From: Massalongia carnosa
Taxonomy: Eukaryota
Direction: 5' to 3'
DNA: 64,000 nucleotides
Assembly: GCA_965645245.1 (NCBI GenBank)
Contig: OZ287068.1
Location: 1,426,001-1,490,000 of the forward strand
Shown: piece after piece, positions 20,893-35,441 of the stretch
Position numbering within the stretch: position 1 is the stretch's first letter
How the letters are laid out: every line of letters begins with the position of its first letter
The notes under the pieces: generated by a model
Told to the model about the DNA's origin: nothing
Seen by the model: the letters and a program-made list of their open reading frames with translations, nothing else
Database searches by the model: none
Position numbers and translations under genes: made by a program

Positions 20893-21453
20893 GCGGTAAT
20901 TCCAACGGGGTGGGCCGGGAGTGGAGCCATTTTCTCAGAACTCGCTGAACAGCCCTCTTTGTCCCAGCGGCACGCTAGCGCACACGGTGACTTTCCATGC
21001 CAGGGTGATGGATGGATTGGGGAGGTAGAGCGGGTTTAGTTCTTTTTTACGAGCAGGTCGTTTGGGCGGGGTGGGGCGGGGTGGGGCGGGGGGCGCTGGG
21101 GAATACCCTTTGTAATACTATCGTTGACGCGTTTACGGCCACAAGAGGCGCACAATAATGGTGAGAATTAATTAAATCGAGTGTACGCTTTTTTAATTTG
21201 TTTTAATCCATCAATCACCCACAGAGGAGGTAGATTTTTTGTGCCTCAAATTCCCCGCAAACGTGTTCCCATGGCCTTGCAGCGCCCGTTTTCTTTATAT
21301 GATGCATTACTGTTCAGAGAACCGGCAATTCTACCATGATACCCCAATCCATCCATCCACCCACCTACGTAACTTATGCTACCTATTCAACCTAAATAAC
21401 CCTCCCCCTCCCCCCCTTCCCTTCCCCTTGGTGAAAGAAAAAAGAAATGGTAT

Positions 21454-24265
21454 TCAGTCCCACGCATCCCCCCAATCATCCTCCCCAGCCCCTTCTACCG
21501 GCTTGGTGCTAATCGGTTTCTTCGACGCGGCGAATTTCGAGTTCGCAGCTGCGCTCGGCGCCGCCATCGCTTTCTTCGTCCCAACGCCAGCCTCGGCCCT
21601 AGCCCTTAGCGTTGTTGACGACGTGGACGATTTCGCCAGACCCTTCGGTAGCGGGCCCTTTGACTTCGCCTGCGCCTGCGCCTTCAGCCATCCTTCGAAA
21701 TCCGGCTCGCCGCCGTCGTCGAAGGCGGCGGACGGCGGGGGTGGTGGTGGTGCCAGTGCGGATTTCGGCTCCGAAGGCGCGTCGAAGAATGATTCTTCTC
21801 CCTCGCCCATGGCTCCCCACGCATCGTCGAGCTCGTCGTCTTCGTCTTGCGCATCAGCGAAGAATTGGTCCGTTGACGTGCGGGTTAGGATCGGATGGGA
21901 GGAAGACGCAGCGGACGAGGTTCCGGCTGCGGCGAGGGCTTGGCGGTGGAGCGTTGAGGTAGAGGAAGCGGGGGCGGGGCGATACGAGGACGGGGCTGTT
22001 GTGGCTACGGGCGAAGCGGAGGATGGTCGATCGTCGGTGGAGCGCGGTGGCGGCTGGTCGGCGCGGCTGGGCTTGGATTGCATTTCGCCGGTCGCGGCGG
22101 CGAGTTTGTGGGTAAAGGATGAGATGGCCCAGCCGGACCAGGAAGTGTCGTTTTGGGGGGTGCCCATGCGGGGAGTGGTGCCATTTACAGCGCCGTTCCT
22201 GGGGGTTGGGAGGGCCGTGTCGGGAAGTGAATTTCCATACTTACGCGTACGTTGCAAGTAGAGGTCGAAGGTTTTGTTGGCTTGGTCACGAATAAGTCTA
22301 ACAGGGAATCAGTATATGAACTCAAACGTCAACGTAGGATCTTACTTCTCTTTATCGATTAAAGCTGGGCATAAGGCCGGCATTATTTTATAAGCACAGT
22401 CCTCGTCGTTGAAGATGTCCGAGGTAGCAGCCAGGGCTAGCAATGCTGCGTTTCGAGCATGGACGAACGGGTCCCGTAGCGAGCGTGCAAAGGCTGCAAC
22501 AAGGACCTTTTGTCGGGTCTATACTCAGTTCAGTGCTACTCTTTCAAGATGTCTAGTGTCTCTATTTACATTTGCCCCCAGGTTTCGAGCTATCTTACCA
22601 AGGCAGATGGTTGTGTTTGTCCGAATACCGGGTTGCTCATCGTTTGACGTCTTAGCAAGATATTTTAGAAGCTCGCCGTTGATCACACGGTCAGATAACT
22701 TCGTAATAATTGTCAAGACTGCCTTCACGGTTTGCTCACGAAGAAGCGGTGCTACATCCGTAAAACCTGTAACCTAGGAATGTTAGCAACATGGTAGGAG
22801 CAGGTTGCATAATATAAAACGAACCATCTGTGGGAATATCTTATCATTCACGACCTTTTGAGACAAGCGATCTATCATGTTAGGCAGATTTTCAAGCAGA
22901 CAGACTCGTATCCCTCGATCTGGATTTGAAAAAAGCCTTATGATCACAGGTGTGATCCTAGAACTGAACTCCTCATCTGAAACTTTCGCACCGATTTTCA
23001 TCACCGAAGTAAATACCTTAGGTCCACCGCCCCCAAACTCTACGGATTTGAGAAGCTCAGGAAGTACTTTCACCGTAAAATAATCCTCGGGAAAATCGTC
23101 TGCAACTTCATCTAGTTCGCTAGAAGGGGATCAGCCTAAACTTGAGCATTGGATACTAATTCATACCTCAAGAACTCCCCCCTTTCGTCATCTGACTTTA
23201 AACCAAGATTTTCAATCCCTTCCGATAATCTTATGAGAGGTGTTTCGAAAAACCCACCACTCCGCCGTCCTTGATCTCTAAAGTGACTTACGCTGAGTCT
23301 CGCTTTGGGATTTGCGTTGAGAAGCCGCTTATAGCTTTGATGCATGCTTGGAGGGATGTTTTTAGTTTGCCCGACTTGTTCGTTGCTAATGATACAGCCG
23401 TTGAAGATCTCAAACATCAAGAGCCCAAATCCATATGAATCGACGGCGGGTATTGGGTGGCGTTTGATTGTGTCCCATCCGGTATTTATAGTTTCTGGAG
23501 GAGAGTACCTCCCAGAATCAGGTACGAAGCTTCCATAGGTCTTCAGAGATCAGATGCTGGGATGGAACATGGACGAGGGCAAGAAACAAACATAAATAAT
23601 AGCATCGTCCTCTTTCATCGAGCTCAGGATCTCAAATCCCCCTAACCTCCATTCTCCACTTTGACTTATGAAAATGGACGTGAGCCTAATGCTACCATGT
23701 ACGGATGTTGCTTCATCGTTAATGAAAGATAGCGTATTCTAACAAAGATCTCAGCATTGATTAAGATATATGAGAAACAAAGGCATACTGCAACTGTAAA
23801 TAAGCCCCATTTGCAGGTCTCGACGCTCAAGCTTTTTCTCCGCGCGGGCCATTCAAGGGGTACAACACGCTCGGTAGCAACATAGATATAAGACTCCGTC
23901 TGTGACACCGATCAGATACTACGCAAAGAATTAGATAACTTTTAGCAGTACCTCAACTGTGTCAAGAACTTTTATAACCCCTGGATGCCTTAATGTACGC
24001 ATCTTCCGGACCGCATTCCGAGCCAAAGGCAGACGTGATTTATCTGCATGAACATCGAACGCGAATATGCTGCAATCTGAGTTGTCTTCCTTCGGAAACG
24101 CTCAGGTCAGATAGAGATGGCGATGTTCGTATATCTACATACCCGTTTTACACCGTTGTATACAGTCCAAATCGATTGATCCACGGTCAATTTGTCACCA
24201 AAGGTGTATGGAAAAGGAGGTCCTTTAGAGATCGCAGATGCTACCGCAGACTTAAGAAAATCCAT
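21454..24265 (-). CDS. CEX1: SCY1-family pseudokinase with HEAT repeats (Cex1/SCYL1-like), multi-exon
   Basis: MDFLKSAVAS...FPYTFGD start; LRHPGVIKVLD; LLKYLAKTSNDEQPGIRTNTTICLGKIA; DDWGDAWD end. Confidence 0.9.
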
Positions 24266-25614
24266 AGAAGCGGTCACAGAAGCTATTCCCAGCAGAGCAC
24301 GACCAAATCTCAGTTTATGAACTCGATGTGTTTATGTTTTAGATTTCGGCGAAACTAAATTAGCGCAGCTTCTTAGAATACCCTAAAGATTTTATGAATA
24401 ACCGAGGCTGCGAACTACAAAGTTCACAAAGCGATTGGCACATTATGACCATAAAATTACAAGGTACGTTGAAGTTCTCATCACATCAAATTCTTGAACG
24501 TCGTATATTCCTATGCTTCCCCATCTTTGGCCCAAGCCTAAGTGCGCCGGAGGTGTTGTCAATGATGAACTCATGGTAAAAGGTCTGACTGCGACCATTT
24601 CTCCATGCTTCTCCTTTTCTGCAGACCTTTGCATTAGCCCAAGTATCTGAACCCTAGCCTACATGTCCAGAAACAGTCCAGTTGGCTGGCACATCAGATA
24701 GCAAGATGGGCCTGCTCCGAGTCTTATGAGCAAGGCCAATCCATGGATCTGACGTGTAAATCATACGTCCATTTTGGGGTGTTACCACTTCTTGGGACTT
24801 CGCTCTTAGCATTTTGCTTTACGGGGTGAATGTCAATGGCTGTGGTGAATATGGTGCGTCGGTGGCGGGTCTCAGCTCTATCATGGACTTGGCTTCTGGG
24901 CATATGCTATGGGTTCGGCTTGGAGAAACGACTGCATTGTTATGTGAGATCGGGGAGATGGCAGGTTGAAGACTGAAATTATAACTGAAAAGACCTGAGA
25001 CATACCTCTTCCACAAAGCGCCGAGTTTTTGCCTTGTTTCTTTGGATGCTACATCTATGTGCAGATTAACTCAAACTAATACGTCTACAAGAGTGTAGCA
25101 CGGATAGATGCCTCCCTTTGGACGGATAGTCCCGCAGCAAATCTTGGAAACATTGCTACTTGTACCTACAGATGTTCGTTGCCCTGGTCCATCCCCCCAT
25201 AACTAATTTCCCTCTATGTATCATGAAGCCTGTGACTGATTATAAAGCGAATTGGCTGCTCATGTGATAGATTAAAACGTGTGACAAACATAGAAACTTT
25301 ATCCTCTACTAAATAAGCTGATGTCTTTATTTCTTTGAGTCTTACGTTTGGACAGAGATCAGCGCTAAAAACTTCATTGAAATGACCTGCCATCAACGTT
25401 CGGGTCCGAAGACGACAGCTACTGCTCTTTACATTGCTGTTATCAGAGCCGGTGGCATCCGAAAGAGCAATAAGATCATTCCTCAGCGAGAATAATGGGC
25501 CAGAACAACGTACCAGATTTTGTCTATTTGGAAGCGTTGGGCGCCTGAATTCCCTTATGAATGAAATAAGTAGATATTTCTACACAATCAATATGCTGGG
25601 TTATGGGGTAGATT

Positions 25615-27217
25615 TCATTCATTTGTCTGGGATTTATGAAGGTTTGTATCCTCTAAGCGATAATGATCCGAAACGATGCGATACAAGTACGATGGAGCAT
25701 GCCCACCCCTTTAGATATCTTATTAGCGTTCTTTAGGTGGCATGAGCCGAGCAGGGGCATGCACTTACAGATTGGTGATGTAGAGGTCCACCAGTTCTGC
25801 TGGCACATAATCAAATAACGGATTTTCTACATCAACTTTGTCCAGCAAATCCCCATCCTCATATTCAAAAACTTTGCCAGCATCACCATACTCAATCAGG
25901 GAATCGAAATCGAAAGGGTACACCGGACTGAGCTTGTAGACCCCTGAGAGCACAACGACAGGTGTACGATGCATACTTGCCGCTTTGGCAATTGTTTTGG
26001 CTCCTGCTGCAGCAATCAGACCTCCATTGGCAAGCACAACATGCGTCCCAAATATGACTTTGTTGACACGGGACATAATGGCGAAGATAGCGGAGTCAGG
26101 AATCAAAACGACGGTAATTCCAGCTGCTGTCAATGGTTTATGAAAAAGCTCTAGGGTCATTTCATCCTCCAGCTCTCCCTTTAAAATTCCGGTAACAGTT
26201 GCATGGGTAGCTTCGTGATTATTAGGGAAAGCCTCTGCGTGAATTACTGTAAACTTTCTCTTGGCCGCTGCTTTGAGTAGGAATTTCTGCACGGTGACTG
26301 AAGAGGTGTGAGTGAGGATGATTTCATTAGAATGGATATGTTCCAAGGCATAGCCCGCAATTTGGTCAGCAACTTGGTTTAACTCGTCCACAATTTCATC
26401 TATTCCTTCAATAACTTCGGCCCTGAGATCCTTTGCGGCATTTATAGTTGCTAATGCGTGGGCCGTAAGCGATGAATGACTTCTTGGAGACTGGGAACCA
26501 GGGGTAGTAATCGGCGATCCACCAGTAGATACTGGATGCGACAGAAGACTGAACATCGATGTTACGGTAGGCGTAGCATTGCTAATAGCATAGGAGGTGT
26601 GTGACGTGAGCAATGGTGGCCTTGAAAATAATTCCGGTCCACGTAACTCAGAGAGAGAATCAGCACCAACTCCGTCATGCGTCGCTGATAATTCCGTGAG
26701 CTCGAGACCACCGTGTCTTAATGGACTGAAGGTTGATATACTCGACGACAACGGGGGTCTTTGATAAACCCGAGCATCATTCTCCCTTGGGGTATTTGGT
26801 CTACTCTCACTGCCCGCATCGCTATAGCCACTGGTCTCCCCTTCTCGGTCCTCTTCTGCCTCATCTCGGATTACGCCCAAAACCCTGCGCACTATGTTTC
26901 CGACAGCTAACTCTTTCGGCTGGGCTGAGATCAGCCTTTGCCCAACCTGTTGTATTCTTTCTATGAGTCGGGAGACGTCTGTAATTCGAAATGTTTTTAC
27001 CACCTGACGCAGCAGATGCGCAGTTGCGATTGCACATGATCTAGACTTGCGGATTTGACGTCTCTTAAGCAGTCTATATGCTTCAGTATGGGAACCAAGG
27101 GTTTGTCTTGGGACCTTACGATATGAGGTATTCAATCGATGACTCCACAGGACTACTTCTGACAGCATTCAAGAAACTAGCAAGTCCAGGAGTTACCGCT
27201 CCACTTGATGGTGGCAT
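25615..27217 (-). CDS. GCD7: translation initiation factor eIF2B beta subunit, 3 exons
   Basis: AQPKELAVGNIVRRVL; EHIHSNEIILT; IPDSAIFAIMSRVNKVI; NPLFDYVPAELVDLYITNL|GGHAPSYLYR. Confidence 0.95.
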
Positions 27218-27689
27218 GATGTTAACATCAGTTTAAAGAAACCTTTGCCAAGAGCACTCTTAGATGGTGAAAATATTTGGTAAAACCAGTGGCCGAACCT
27301 CAACAATTAGTAATGTAGATAATTACGTAGATTATCTACAGCCTGTGAGGTGCTGGTTATGACTTGTACAAGATCAAGTGCGATCTCTATTTACCTACCT
27401 AGATATCTCAAGAATTTTAAGTCGAGTGACAGACAAGGAGAAGTCCGGCATGCAGGTGCAAATGACTGACGGATTGTCTGCGGGATGCAAGGATTGTGAT
27501 GATCAAATCGCATCCATTTCCGCATCTGCATCTCCACCTCCTTGACTTTACACCCAATATTATACTTAGGTACTCAGTACCGTTATTCCCTAGTCTGTGA
27601 GCAGTCGTTGCCATTGCTATCTTCAGGCTGGAAGAGGGAAATACCAGTAGCTCGGAGGAGGTGCGCGACTCTATGGCTTTGCTCAGACC

Positions 27690-29362
27690 ATGAACTCTCT
27701 GAACATACTGTCCGCCCGCGTCATCGGACAAACTCCACCCAGCACACCATCAACTCTAGTTCGTCAGCGATCTTTTAGTGAAGGCAATCTCGTCAAAACG
27801 AACACTGAGCGTCAGCCTAGACGCAGCGCCAGTCAGCATAGAAAAGATGATGCAAATGACATCTTCGTCGAGAAAGAGGCTAGACCGAATGACAGTCATA
27901 CAGACAAAAATGGAGAGGTCGAATCTCCCAACAGCCAGGAAAATGAGAAGACGCCATTGTTGCAAGGGAAAAGAGCAGCCTCGTCTTCAGAATCTAAGCG
28001 CAATCGAATTCACCTTTTAGCAAAGCGACTCGTGGATGCCCTGGCTGAGTCGCTGAAATGGGTTTTGTCTACATTGGCCGCACCTGGAGTGTATGTGATG
28101 ACTTGTATTTATGATGAGAAGGGAAATCTAGCTCCCTTTCTACCGCTACGCAAGCTCGGTCGCAGCTTACCCAAGAGAATGGGAACCAAGGCAACCACCC
28201 AAGCTGTCGGCATTTCGGGCTCGCCAAACGCTATAGACCGGAAATCAGTGCCGAAGGCAGAAGAGCGCACTAAACGGCGGAAATCAATGGCTAAATTGAC
28301 ACGTCGAATGTCTCAACCGACAGAATCGCTTTCTTCCGCTACCTCTGAGTCAGATTCTGAATTTAGGGGGAAAGCCCGATCGCATGATGAGCGGTCCAGT
28401 AAGAAGGAGGAATCATATACGCCGTCTTCAACCGAAGGATCAAGTCTGGCCAGGCGATCCATCAGAATAAAGTTGTACAATGAAGACACAACACGACGAC
28501 GAAAAGAGAAGAAGGCAAGAAGTGGTTCAACCACCGACGGTGATCCGGCTAGTCCTCGGAGTAGTAAACAGCCTGCTCTGACAGCAGCAACCTTGAAGTC
28601 ACCCACCTCGCCAGCTTCATCCTCCTTGCGCATGACGAAATACCCCCGTACCCTTACCCCTCCCCGGCCTTTGATTCCTCCTCGCCAACCTTCATATTCG
28701 ACCCTACCCTTATCGCGCTCCTCCTCCGGGCTTGCACAGAAAACATTAGTAATAGACCTAGACGAGACGTTAATACATAGTCTTGCCAAAGGCGGAAGAA
28801 TGAGCAGCGGCCATATGGTCGAGGTTAAACTTAATGCGGCCGTCGGGTATGGGGGTGCTACGCTTGGCCCTCAGCATCCTATTCTTTACTACGTACATAA
28901 ACGCCCACATTGCGACGACTTCCTTCGCAAGGTGTGCAAATGGTATAACCTGGTTGTATTTACGGCTTCCGTGCAGGAATACGCAGACCCAGTCATCGAT
29001 TGGCTGGAACAGGAACGAAAGTATTTTTCAAGGAGGTACTATCGCCAACATTGCACGTTTAGAAATGGGGCATACATCAAAGATCTTAGTTCCGTGGAGC
29101 CGGATTTGAGCAAGGTTATGATTCTCGACAACAGCCCTCTGAGCTACATTTTCCATGAAGGTAAGGTTCGCGTTAGATGCACTTCAAGACTCGACCTGAC
29201 GTTTCATTCGCAGACAATGCAATACCCATTGAAGGCTGGATCAATGATCCTACCGACAATGATCTTCTAAACCTTATCCCTATGCTGGAAGGTCTACAGT
29301 ACGTCACCGACGTGCGTGCCCTTCTCGCCTTGCGGAGAGGTGAAGTAGAACCTTCGCATTGA
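27690..29362 (+). CDS. NEM1: nuclear envelope morphology phosphatase Nem1 (NIF/FCP1-like HAD), 2 exons
   Basis: MNSLNILSARV start; KTLVIDLDETLIHS; YVHKRPHCDDFL; VFTASVQEYADPVIDWL; ILDNSP; NAIPIEGWINDPTD. Confidence 0.93.
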
Positions 29363-30666
29363 CAGTTCTTTCATTTTGTGCTACCATTCGTATTGATTTG
29401 GCAGAGTCGCAAGGAGATTTGTGCAAATAATAATGATTGAGGGTTTTGAGCCGTTCAAAAGGACTCGGCACACTTCCGGTGATAAGTCTTACCAGGCGCA
29501 GAGCGTTAACTTTCAAAGCCGTCTCCACAACAGCTCCTGTTTTCTAGAGTATATTACCGGTGGAAGTTGGGAGATGTGAAGAAGCGCTGCTTGATGGAGT
29601 TTTCTTTGGCTTACACCGCCTTCTCTTCAACCAACTGATTCGGTTGGGGCTGTATTATCATTGTCATGGCATTAGGGCCAGCTTATGGTTCGGCTCATGT
29701 AAAAAAATGATACCATTGTCTAAAGAATGAAGGCGATGCTTTGCTTCTTTTTCATCAAAGCATAGAGCTTGTTAAATCAACAGAAAAGTAAAACTTTTAA
29801 AGTAACCTACTGTTGAATGTTCAACTTCTACCAGCATTGCCTAGCCGATAGATTAGATAAGATCAGATCTAATCTAATCGCATAGAAGCTCGGATAAACT
29901 ATTATCATCTCGCTTAGCAGAAGTGACCAAGCGTGCCAAGATAGATTGCTCTGCACTCCGTAGCAACTCTGCATCCTTAACATCATGGTCATACAGGCCC
30001 CTATCTTTACATAGTCATATAGCCATAGTCATAGACCTATTCAACACCTACTCTCAACTCTTTGTAAAATAACCAATGCATAGAATCTACCTCTCTATCC
30101 GACAATTCAGTCGTTAATTATAGAAAATCTTCCAGTGTTGAACAAGCAAAAACCATCTTACCTTATCCAAATATGTTGATATACCACTCCAAAGTAGATC
30201 CATTCAACAATAGTCTGGAATTCTTGTTTTCAGCTTTAATCCTTTACATCATACGCTCCCTTACAATGTCTTCCCAGGCAAGTCCGCTTCGTCGCAGCCA
30301 GTCTTCAGCATCGAGAATACATGCAGAAAGGATCTGTTTAGCAGCACACAAAAGGTGATCCTTTGCGAACAACCCTATAGGAAACTAGTCCAAAGAAGAT
30401 AACCGATAGGAGGAATCATAATTTAGACGTTGTATGTTTTGCTTGGACAGGATTATTGATTTGAACATGACCTGTGGTATGACAGAGGTATATGTCGACT
30501 AAGAAAAGCTATCCCTCAATCTCTGTGAACAGTGGATGACTGTCAGTCCCATACCCTAGCCCTTTTCCATTTATTTACTCCTTGGTCCCTCTAATTACTT
30601 CGAGCCCTGAGCTTGGCGCTGACGTCATCGCGCAAGGCATTGAGCAAGCTCCAAAAATTACTATCA

Positions 30667-31280
30667 ATGTTATCCTTAAAAACTCTTCGTGCAATGATTT
30701 CAAGAGCATTACAATTCTCTGTAAGAATGTATAGATCATAGTCTTTGATAAAGTACTCACAATCCTACAGGCTTTGTGCCATGCCCCACGGCTGCTGCGG
30801 CCCCTCTCTGCTGCCATCTCCAAATCGCAGCTCACATGGCTCACGCCCTCGCAATGGCGCCTCCTCTCGACACAGACTAGGGCTGCGATCGACAAGGCGG
30901 TAGCATTTACTCCTGTTGTCTTATTTATGAAGGGAACACCAGATTTGCCACAATGTGGGTTCTCGCGAGCAAGCATCCAGATACTGGGGCTGCAGGGTGT
31001 TGACCCGAATAAATTCTCGGCATTCAACGTACTGGAAGACGAGGAATTAAGACAGGGTCTGCGTCTCTCGCAATAATAGTCGTATGCGAAGATGCTGACA
31101 TAGGTGGTCTCAGGGTTGAAGGAATACTCCGATTGGCCCACCATACCGCAGCTTTACGTGGACAAAGAATTCGTTGGGGGTTGTGATATTCTGATATCGA
31201 TGCATCAGAATGGGGAACTGTCGAAGATGCTAGAGGAGAAGGGGGTGCTTGCTGCTGCAAAAGCAGAGGTGGCACCATAA
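30667..31280 (+). CDS. GRX5: mitochondrial monothiol glutaredoxin, 3 exons
   Basis: [42 protein letters not shown]; basic presequence-like N-terminus. Confidence 0.95.
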
Positions 31281-31688
31281 TATCGAACTTACACCGCGCA
31301 GAATCTAAAACTGTCACTTCAAGACTTCTCTTGTATGGAGTTGACTACACGCTATACACATTTGATTTGACTCAAGCGCACTCCAACTTAGGTGTGGTAA
31401 ATGTGGTAACCTTTCATATTGGTGGTCAAGGATGTTTAGCAAAGGCATTTTGTACGCGGTAGAACTAGGCAAGCTATTAGACACATTCTCAAGACTACAA
31501 CGATACCCAAGGCCGTTAGTAACCCGAACCCGAAATCAGTAGGGTTCTTTCTGTTTAAACATCTACGGAGCCAAAGAACTGAGCGCTGATACTTCGTGCC
31601 CTAAGTCTGAATGATAGCCGACGAATGCTCAGTTTTAATATCCTCCCCTATCTCTTTAACGCCTTTATTTTCTCCAAAGTATCAAAGC

Positions 31689-32606
31689 ATGGCGAGGAGG
31701 CAGCGAGTTCCGAAGGCTGGGACCAAGAAGCGCGTGTCTACCTCTGGCATATTTAAGTACGTACTCGTACCACGTAATAAAAGGGAGAAGGAAGAAGCTC
31801 GTAAGGCACACCATACAATTGGAAAAGGCCAAATTAATCGCCAGCGTTTAGCAAGGCGAATGGTCAAGGAAACTCCAGAGCATTCACTCGCTGCTACCTT
31901 TAGTGGTATACCTTCTTCCATTTCCTTGTTTGTTGTACGAGCTGAAGAATCATCTTTGTAGCCAGCATTGAGAAATCCCGAAATCACATTGAAAAAGAGG
32001 CGAAAAATTCTGTTGACTCCACATGTCAAGATCTCACGCAGCAGCTCGCTGACACGAGCCGTTGCTTCGATCATACGCTGCAAACCTCTAAGGAGTTAGG
32101 TGAGCAGCTTTGCCAACCGCTCAACCTGGATGAACTTCACTTCAAGTCCAACGATGGGAAGTCAGCCGGCACACATACTTTGGGCGACCGCATGAGGCAG
32201 TTTAAGAAGCTTGTTGCCGTTGAAGAAAAGCAGCTGGAAAAGCTATGGCAGCAATGGACCGAGGTGCAGCAAAAAATCAGAGATGCTGTATTGGAGATGC
32301 TTGATCCCCGAGGGCTCGAGCTGCTTTTGGCTCACCAGGCCAATGAACTTCAAGACCACATCAGCCCGCATCGAAAGGTTCTGATTGATGAACTGGAACG
32401 AGAAAGAAGGAAGTGGGATGACCAAGTTTTAGAGATAGGCAATGAAACGGTAGCTAAGATGAAGGCGAGCGAAGAGGTATGGCCTGAAGGTGTCCTTGTT
32501 CAACCCCCAAAACTAATAATGGATCTGGCCTTATGCTCAGGAGATGAACTTCCTACAAAACAAACAGAGGGAAAATATATTCCAGTTATTAGGCACAGGC
32601 ATCTAG
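31689..32606 (+). CDS. hypothetical coiled-coil protein (~260 aa), 3 exons
   Basis: exons joined by GT-AG introns at ~31906-31961 and ~32478-32540 give one continuous frame; basic N-terminus, helical C-terminal half. Confidence 0.65.
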
Positions 32607-33454
32607 TTCGGAACGGATACTAGCATTGGAGCTATAATTATCTGCACGGTTACCTGGGGCTTCTGCCTTGCTTTTGTCCAGTTAATTGTGGGTTTACGGC
32701 AACGAAACAAAGGGGCCCGATCAGTCAATGCTGCATTCGCACCCGCTTCTACGTTGCCTCTTCCATATTTCGTATCCATAAGGGGCGCAAGTACGTTACA
32801 GCAGAATGTAATGGATGGTGCCATCATTTCGAAATGCAACCAAATTCCTCTAATATAGAGTACATGTACGACATGGGGAGTGTAGTGGATTTCGTATAAC
32901 TACCTTCCGAGTGACACTGTGCCATGGGCTAGTATACCCTTCCCTCGATGTAACAACTCCAAATGGCAAACGTCTTTAAGCATTTTCAGCAAAAATACGT
33001 CTCCCTCGGTTAGGAGCGGCTTGCGTTGGAAGGAGGCCCGATACCCTGAACCGCCCGTAGCCACTGAGGACGGATATCCGTTCTGAAATACATCACAAGC
33101 TGCGAAATCGGAACGGGACTTCTCATCGTTGGACATTGTTGATCGGATAGTATGGGGGCGTTTCACGACATCCTGGATAGGTACGAGAGGGCTCGGGGGC
33201 CGATTATAGGATGTCCCTCCGGATATTAGCCCAGATATGGGTATATTTAAGAGTCATCTTACCCTTCAGGATTTTCTCTTACTTACACCGCTTCCTTTTT
33301 CACGGATCTACAATCATTACATATCTCCTGCACGCTCCCCTCCCCCAGTACGAGTTGTCCTTTGAATCTACCTTTGGTGGCTTACTTGACTTCAGTTCTT
33401 TCCTTATCGATTGCTTTATCGAAAACCAGCCCACGAGAAGTCTGTTCCCCCCAA

Positions 33455-34915
33455 ATGGCCCCCTCCGCTATTTCGCTGCTCCCGGAGACTAACACCGAGC
33501 TTATTGCTGCGGACATTGAGCACGCTGTCTCGAAGACAGCTCCTTCAACAGCCGGTTCCTCGAGCTTGCAGGAGCTCGATGCCTCCAAACTCATCTTCAC
33601 TCGTAACACTAATCCTCGGCCCGTCCCCGAGCCAAACTCTCCTGAAGTTTGGGCGCAAAGCACGTATGTGTTCTCCCATCAGAAGCCCTCGCAATGCGTC
33701 CGCTCCGCTTTCGAAGCTAACCATTTGTGTTGCGCAGCTGCACGGATCATATGATAACCTGCTCCTGGAATATGAGTACAGGATGGCAAAAACCTCGCCT
33801 AAGTCCCTACGGGCCTTTGTCCCTCATGCCTATAGCCTCGGTCCTGCACTATGCAACAGAATGCTTTGAAGGCATGAAAGTTTACCGTGGACACGACTTC
33901 CGCCTCCGGCTCTTCCGTCCCGAGCGTAATTGCCGCCGTATGCTGGGATCCGCAACCCGTATTGCCCTTCCAGCTTTTGACCCCAGGGAGCTACAGAAAT
34001 TGATCGAAGACCTCGTCAGCGTGGATGGTTCAAAATGGCTCCCAAGGTCAAGACCTGGCACATTCCTATACTTACGTCCAACCATGATTGCGTCCGCGGC
34101 TGCATTGGGCGTGCAAAAGCCACAGGAAGCACTGCTGTTCGTAATAGCGTGTTGTTTTCCCAGCCTTGACGAGCCGACACAGGCCCCTGTGTCAATTCCG
34201 ACTCTCCTGAGTGCTAAAGCCTTACCCGAGAAGCCAAAGCCCGGTCTTAAGCTTTTGGCGAGTAAAGACGACATGGTAAGGGCATGGCCTGGAGGGTTCG
34301 GGAATGCGAAAGTAGGGGCCAATTACGGTCCTAGCTTACTCGCTCAAGGAGAGGCGCGAGCATTGGGATTCGATCAGATCCTATGGCTGTTTGGACCGCA
34401 ATGCGAGGTCACGGAGGCGGGCGCGAGCAATTTTTTCGTCGTGTGGAGGACACGAGAGGGCGCACTGCAACTCGTGACGGCACCGCTGGACGATAAGATC
34501 ATTCTAGACGGGGTCACGAGGCGGAGCGTGCTGGATCTGGCAAAGGATAGGTTAAGCGCGACCTGGGAGGATTTGGAGGGGGTGGAGATCGTTGAGAGGA
34601 AGTTTACGATGGGAGAGGTGGAGGTGGCAATCGAGGAGGGAAGGTTGATCGAGGCGTTCGCGGCGGGGACTGCGGTATGTTCTGAAGGCTGATGAGCTGC
34701 TGGTTACGAAAGGGGTTTGTTGCTAACATGATCCGTAGTTCTTCATCGCTCCGGTGTCCTTGATACATTTTCGCGGTAAGAATCTAAATATTCCGCTTTC
34801 GGAAGGCGTCAGCGGCAAGTACGCAATGACTCTGAAGACCTGGCTGAAGAACATCATGTACGGGAAAGAGTCCCACGAATGGGGTGTTGTGGTCGAGGAA
34901 GTAGATCTTGAATAA
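33455..34915 (+). CDS. branched-chain amino acid aminotransferase (PLP class IV), 3 exons
   Basis: SVLHYATECFEGMK; LYLRPTMI; RAWPGGFGNAKVGANYGP; TEAGASNFF; ILDGVTRRS; EAFAAGTA. Confidence 0.95.
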
Positions 34916-35441
34916 ATCAGTAGCTCCAAAACACTGGCGGTTTGCAAGGAATCAAAGACGTCGAGTATCTGCTGCAGTATACCCCCTGTACACCCAACAA
35001 CCACGTTGAGAATTATATTCGCCATGAAAGCTTCGGAAGCCGGGATCAGGAGAGAGCGACAACGTACAGCGCTGCATTTCAGCATAATGGCAATTGATCA
35101 AGATGTTGTCCTCAAGTATTTGTGAAAACCGACCTGGCTGGTATGTACAAGGTTACCATACAAGAAACGCTTCGTTCGCAGCAGCCACACAGCCACATAC
35201 CCCGTTTGGCTGCTAGGGTAGTAAGTAGACTGAAGCTCGAGTTGGGCTACAAAGGAAATAAAAGCTTGACGGCATGATTGGGAAGAAGAGAGAAGGAAAA
35301 AAAGAGGAGAAAAAAACGAGCAAAGCCTGAAAGCAGGAACAGGCTACGCAAAAGTGATTTCTCCATGGTTGGCTGGCTCTAGAAATGTGAGACAAAACCA
35401 GTGTCTGGACGACATTTAAAAGTAGTAATTTCTACATATCT

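Noticed and set aside
24562..24650. ATGATGA...CTGA...CTGA spacing like a C/D box snoRNA
   Set aside because: No terminal stem and no rRNA-complementary guide I can identify; would need snoscan/Infernal.
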